DNA from: Terriglobia bacterium | Lineage (GTDB): Bacteria > Acidobacteriota > Polarisedimenticolia > Polarisedimenticolales > JAIQFR01 | Direction: 5' to 3' | DNA: 64,000 bases | Assembly (NCBI GenBank): GCA_963748015.1 | Contig: CAVVHE010000004.1 | Span: 960,001-1,024,000, forward strand | Part shown: in pieces, positions 60,936 to 64,000 of the stretch | Numbering within the stretch: position 1 is the stretch's first letter | How the letters are laid out: each line of letters starts with the position of its first letter | Notes under the pieces: generated by a model | Told to the model about the DNA's origin: nothing | Seen by the model: only the letters and a program-made list of their open reading frames with translations | Databases searched by the model: none | Translations under genes and position numbers: made by a program

Positions 60936-61930
60936 CAGGGAATCCTCCGGAGCCTCGTGGCGGCCAGCAGCGTCTCGCCCAGGAACAGCAGCCCGGCGGG
61001 GAACAGCGCCAGCGGGAACAGCTCGGTGTAGAGGACCCTCACCCGGCTCTCGATCCGTGTCTTCTCGAGCGCGTCGATCTTGGCGAACACCTGCCGCAGC
61101 GCCTCGGGATCGGTCGCCCTGTAGTAGCTGCCTCCGGTCGCCGCCGCGATCTTCGTCAGCAGCGGCTCGTCCAGCTCCTCGCGCAGCATCACGTACCGCT
61201 TCCCGAACGGGCCGCCCGATACCGGATACGGAGCTTCCCCCTGGCTTCCCACGCCGACGGTGTACACGCGTACCCCGAGCGCCCTCGCCGCCTCGGCGGC
61301 TGCCTCGGGGCCGATCTGGCCCCGGTTGTTCCGGCCGTCCGTGACCAGCACGACCACCTTGCTCCGCGCGGGCGAGGTTCGCAGGCGGTTCACCGCGGTT
61401 GCGAGCCCGAGGCCGATCGCCGTCCCGTCGTCCTCCTGCGGCGTGAAATCCACCTCGTCCAGGAAGCTCTCGAGCATCGCGTGGTCCAGCGTGAGAGGGC
61501 AGCGCGTCGTCGCGATCGCGGAAAAGACGACGAGACCGATACGGTCGGTCTCGCGCCCGCCGACGAACTCCGCGACCGTCTTCTTCGCCACGGCGAGCCG
61601 GTTGAGCGGGCGGAAATCCTCCGCCCGCATCGATCCCGAGATGTCGATGGCGACGACGATGTCCACGCCCTCGGTGCTGACCGTCTCCTCCCGCGCGCCG
61701 CTCTGCGGGCGGGCCAGCGCCAGGACGAGCAGGACGAGCACAGCCCCCCGCACCCACGGCAACGCCCGGTCGAGGTACGTCCAGGGGCTCCGGGCGATCG
61801 CCGCGAGACCGGCGGCCCCGGGGAGACGGACCCTCGCGGCGCGGCGTGTCCGCGCGCGGGCCATCCACCACGCCGCCGCCACCGCCGCGGGCAAGAGGAG
61901 CAAGGCCCAGGGGGTGCCGAAGCGGAACAT
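60935..61930 (-). CDS. batA: VWA domain protein BatA
   Basis: ALARPQ, DISGSM, GTAIGLGL, TDGRNNRG and IDALEKT motifs. Confidence 0.87.
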   Translation of the reverse strand: MFRFGTPWALLLLPAAVAAAWWMARARTRRAARVRLPGAAGLAAIARSPWTYLDRALPWVRGAVLVLLVLALARPQSGAREETVSTEGVDIVVAIDISGSMRAEDFRPLNRLAVAKKTVAEFVGGRETDRIGLVVFSAIATTRCPLTLDHAMLESFLDEVDFTPQEDDGTAIGLGLATAVNRLRTSPARSKVVVLVTDGRNNRGQIGPEAAAEAARALGVRVYTVGVGSQGEAPYPVSGGPFGKRYVMLREELDEPLLTKIAAATGGSYYRATDPEALRQVFAKIDALEKTRIESRVRVLYTELFPLALFPAGLLFLGETLLAATRLRRIP

Positions 61931-62931
61931 CAGGCCGCCCCCTTCTCCGCGGCGACGGGCTCGCCTGCCGCCGCAGGCTCCTCGGCCGGGCGGGTCGCGT
62001 CCACGATCCGGTACGCTTCGTCCACCGAGGTCCGGCACCAGGCGGGGTCGGGAAGCTCGCGAGCGAACTTGACGCCGTCGCAGCGCTCGAGCAGGCCGCG
62101 CGCGGACCGCGCCGCCTCCTGGGGCGCTCCCGCCTCCGCGAGCAGCCCGGGGACCTCGGCGGTGGTGCTCTCCATCAGCGGGACCCGGTAGCGGCCCCCG
62201 AGGTAGAGCTTGAGGATCCGCGAGAGCTCCGCGAAGAACAGCTCGATCTCCCCGTCGTCCGAGAGCCTCCGGTCCAGGAGGCGCTTGAGCTCCGCATACG
62301 CCCAGACGTGCGGCGGAAGGCGCCGGAACGGGTCCTCCGGGGCCCCGACCGCGGCGAGCCTCGAGGCGAGCCGCCGGTGAATCCACCAGGCCGCGAACGC
62401 GGCCGCCGCCAGTGCCCCGAGGATGCCGAGAGCGACCCACAGCGGCCGGTAGTCCGGGGGGATGGTGGCCGGCGGCTTCAGATCCGAGAGCTCCTGCTTG
62501 GCCGCGCCCGCGGCGTCCTTTCCGGGCAGGACGCTACGGACCTCCACCTGGACCGGGTCCGACTTCAGCACCGACGCCGCGCCCGCTCCCTGAACGCGCA
62601 CCTCGACGGACGGGACCTCGAGCGTTCCCGTCTCGAAGGCCGCGAGGCGGGCCCTGAGGGTGAAGCGGACCTGCCCTCCCGCCGCCACCGGGCCCTCCCA
62701 GGACGGCTCGAACACGGTGAAGGGACCGAGCTCCAGGCCGACGTCGGGGCGCTCGGCGGTGTACCCCTGCGGGAGGGTGACCTCGAGAACAGCGTCGAGG
62801 CGATCGCCCACGGTCGCGGCGGAGGGCGACACCCGGAGCACCGCGCTTCCCGCGGCGGCCGCCGTCGCGGATTTCGAGCCGCCGGCGGCGACGAGCAGCG
62901 CGACGCAGGTCGCGGCGAGCCAACCTCGCAT
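61930..62931 (-). CDS. Bat-operon membrane protein (Ig-like N-terminus, TM segment, cytoplasmic helical domain)
   Basis: Signal peptide; DLKPP followed by a TM segment; ESTTAEV and DGVKFA; located between the DUF58 gene and batA. Confidence 0.75.
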   Translation of the reverse strand: MRGWLAATCVALLVAAGGSKSATAAAAGSAVLRVSPSAATVGDRLDAVLEVTLPQGYTAERPDVGLELGPFTVFEPSWEGPVAAGGQVRFTLRARLAAFETGTLEVPSVEVRVQGAGAASVLKSDPVQVEVRSVLPGKDAAGAAKQELSDLKPPATIPPDYRPLWVALGILGALAAAAFAAWWIHRRLASRLAAVGAPEDPFRRLPPHVWAYAELKRLLDRRLSDDGEIELFFAELSRILKLYLGGRYRVPLMESTTAEVPGLLAEAGAPQEAARSARGLLERCDGVKFARELPDPAWCRTSVDEAYRIVDATRPAEEPAAAGEPVAAEKGAA

Positions 62932-62937
62932 GTTCCC

Positions 62938-63828
62938 CTACCCTCCCGATCTCGCGACGCGGCGCGCCCGCTCACGGAAGAAGCGCACGAGCGGCCGGTC
63001 GTACGGCTCGGCGGTCGACAGCGCCAGGAGCTCCACCCCCGCGCTCTTGAGGGCGCGCACCGTCGCCTCGCGGCTCGCTTCCGCGCGGCTCGCGTACGCG
63101 GAGCGGACCCGTCCGCTCCCGGCGTCGAGCAGCACCAGCGCTCCCGTCTCCGGATCCTCCGCCGCGACGAGGCCGGTGTCTGGCAGGACGCTCTCCCTCG
63201 GGTCGGACACCGAGATGGCCACGACGTCGTGCTTCCGCGCGAGCGCGCGGAGCGTCTTCCCGTAGCCGCTGTCCTGGAAGTCCGAGACCAGAAAGAGCAC
63301 CGCGCGCTTCGTCACGACGCGCCGCAGCACCTCGAGCGCCCGCAAGATGTCGGTGCCCCGCCCCTCGGTCTCGAACGCGAGCAGCTCGCGCAGGACGCGC
63401 AGCGCGTGCTCGCGGCCCCGGCGCGGCGGCACGAACCGCTCGATCCGGTCGGTGAAGAGCAGGAGCCCCACGCGATCGTTGTTGCGGATCGCCGAGAACG
63501 CGAGGAGCGCCGCGACCTCGGCGGCCATCTCGATCTTCGTCGCCGGCCCGGTTCCGAACCTCGCCGAGCCGCTGCCGTCCACGACCAGCATCACCGTGAG
63601 CTCGCGCTCCTCGGTGAACTTCTTGACGAACGGGTGGCCGAGGCGGGCGGAGACGTTCCAGTCGATGGTCCGCACGTCGTCGCCGGGCTCGTACTCGCGC
63701 ACCTCCGCGAACTCCATCCCGCGGCCGCGGAACACCGAGTGGTACGAGCCGGCCAGGCTCTCGTCCACCACCTTCCGGGTGCGGATCTCGAGGCGCCGCA
63801 CCCGTCGCAGCACCTCTCTCGGAGTCAC
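62938..63828 (-). CDS. DUF58 domain protein
   Basis: GRGMEFAEVREYEPGDDVRTIDWNVSAR, EERE and SDF motifs. Confidence 0.93.
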   Translation of the reverse strand: MTPREVLRRVRRLEIRTRKVVDESLAGSYHSVFRGRGMEFAEVREYEPGDDVRTIDWNVSARLGHPFVKKFTEERELTVMLVVDGSGSARFGTGPATKIEMAAEVAALLAFSAIRNNDRVGLLLFTDRIERFVPPRRGREHALRVLRELLAFETEGRGTDILRALEVLRRVVTKRAVLFLVSDFQDSGYGKTLRALARKHDVVAISVSDPRESVLPDTGLVAAEDPETGALVLLDAGSGRVRSAYASRAEASREATVRALKSAGVELLALSTAEPYDRPLVRFFRERARRVARSGG

Positions 63829-63998
63829 GGGACCTCGACCGCGTCGAAGACGCGCTGCACCAGCTCGTCCGCGGTGACCGATTCGGCCTCGGCCTCGAAC
63901 GAGAGGATCAGCCGGTGGCGCAGGACGTCGTGGCCGATCGCCTTCACGTCCTCCGGAGTGACGAAACCGCGCCCTCGCAGGAACGCGTGCCCTCGCGC
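63825..63998 (-). CDS. moxR: MoxR-family AAA+ ATPase, C-terminal end (5' part outside window)
   Basis: Manual translation: ARGHAFLRGRGFVTPEDVKAIGHDVLRHRLILSFEAEAESVTADELVQRVFDAVEVP*. Confidence 0.9.
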   Translation of the reverse strand, partial: ARGHAFLRGRGFVTPEDVKAIGHDVLRHRLILSFEAEAESVTADELVQRVFDAVEVP

Positions 63999-64000
63999 GG

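Overview
Very GC-rich bacterial chromosomal segment. Gene content, including a fused LptF/G, a PEGA protein, a RomR-valS pair and an MglA-like GTPase, suggests Acidobacteriota or a related lineage (inference). It carries about 57 densely packed, mostly housekeeping genes: methylmalonyl-CoA mutase-family subunits, valS, nadC-birA-coaX, comEC, der, trpS-scpAB-rluB, rpsA-ihfB, miaB, metK, dnaE-guaA-holA-lptE-nusB-ribH, mtnP, mce-meaB, hemW and a MoxR/Bat operon. I saw no rRNA, tRNA, CRISPR array or transposase. Genes run almost entirely on + up to 33.5 kb and almost entirely on - after it, and a well-formed 28-bp dif site lies at 30994-31021, so this looks like the replication terminus. The most striking feature is a parA-parB operon ending about 120 bp from dif instead of near oriC. 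Its ParB has a non-canonical recognition helix. The locus is marked by palindromes built from TGTCGGC/GCCGACA: one upstream of the promoter, one inside parB and one inside lptFG. Its leader carries two NrdR-box-like motifs 31 bp apart. Together these suggest a terminus-dedicated ParABS-like system (inference). Other candidates are a myxobacterial-type polarity module (RomR plus an orphan, C-terminally extended MglA), a covarying REP-like hairpin family, and several unusual fusion proteins. Two genes (mglA-like and scpA) contain single frameshifts that are probably sequencing errors.
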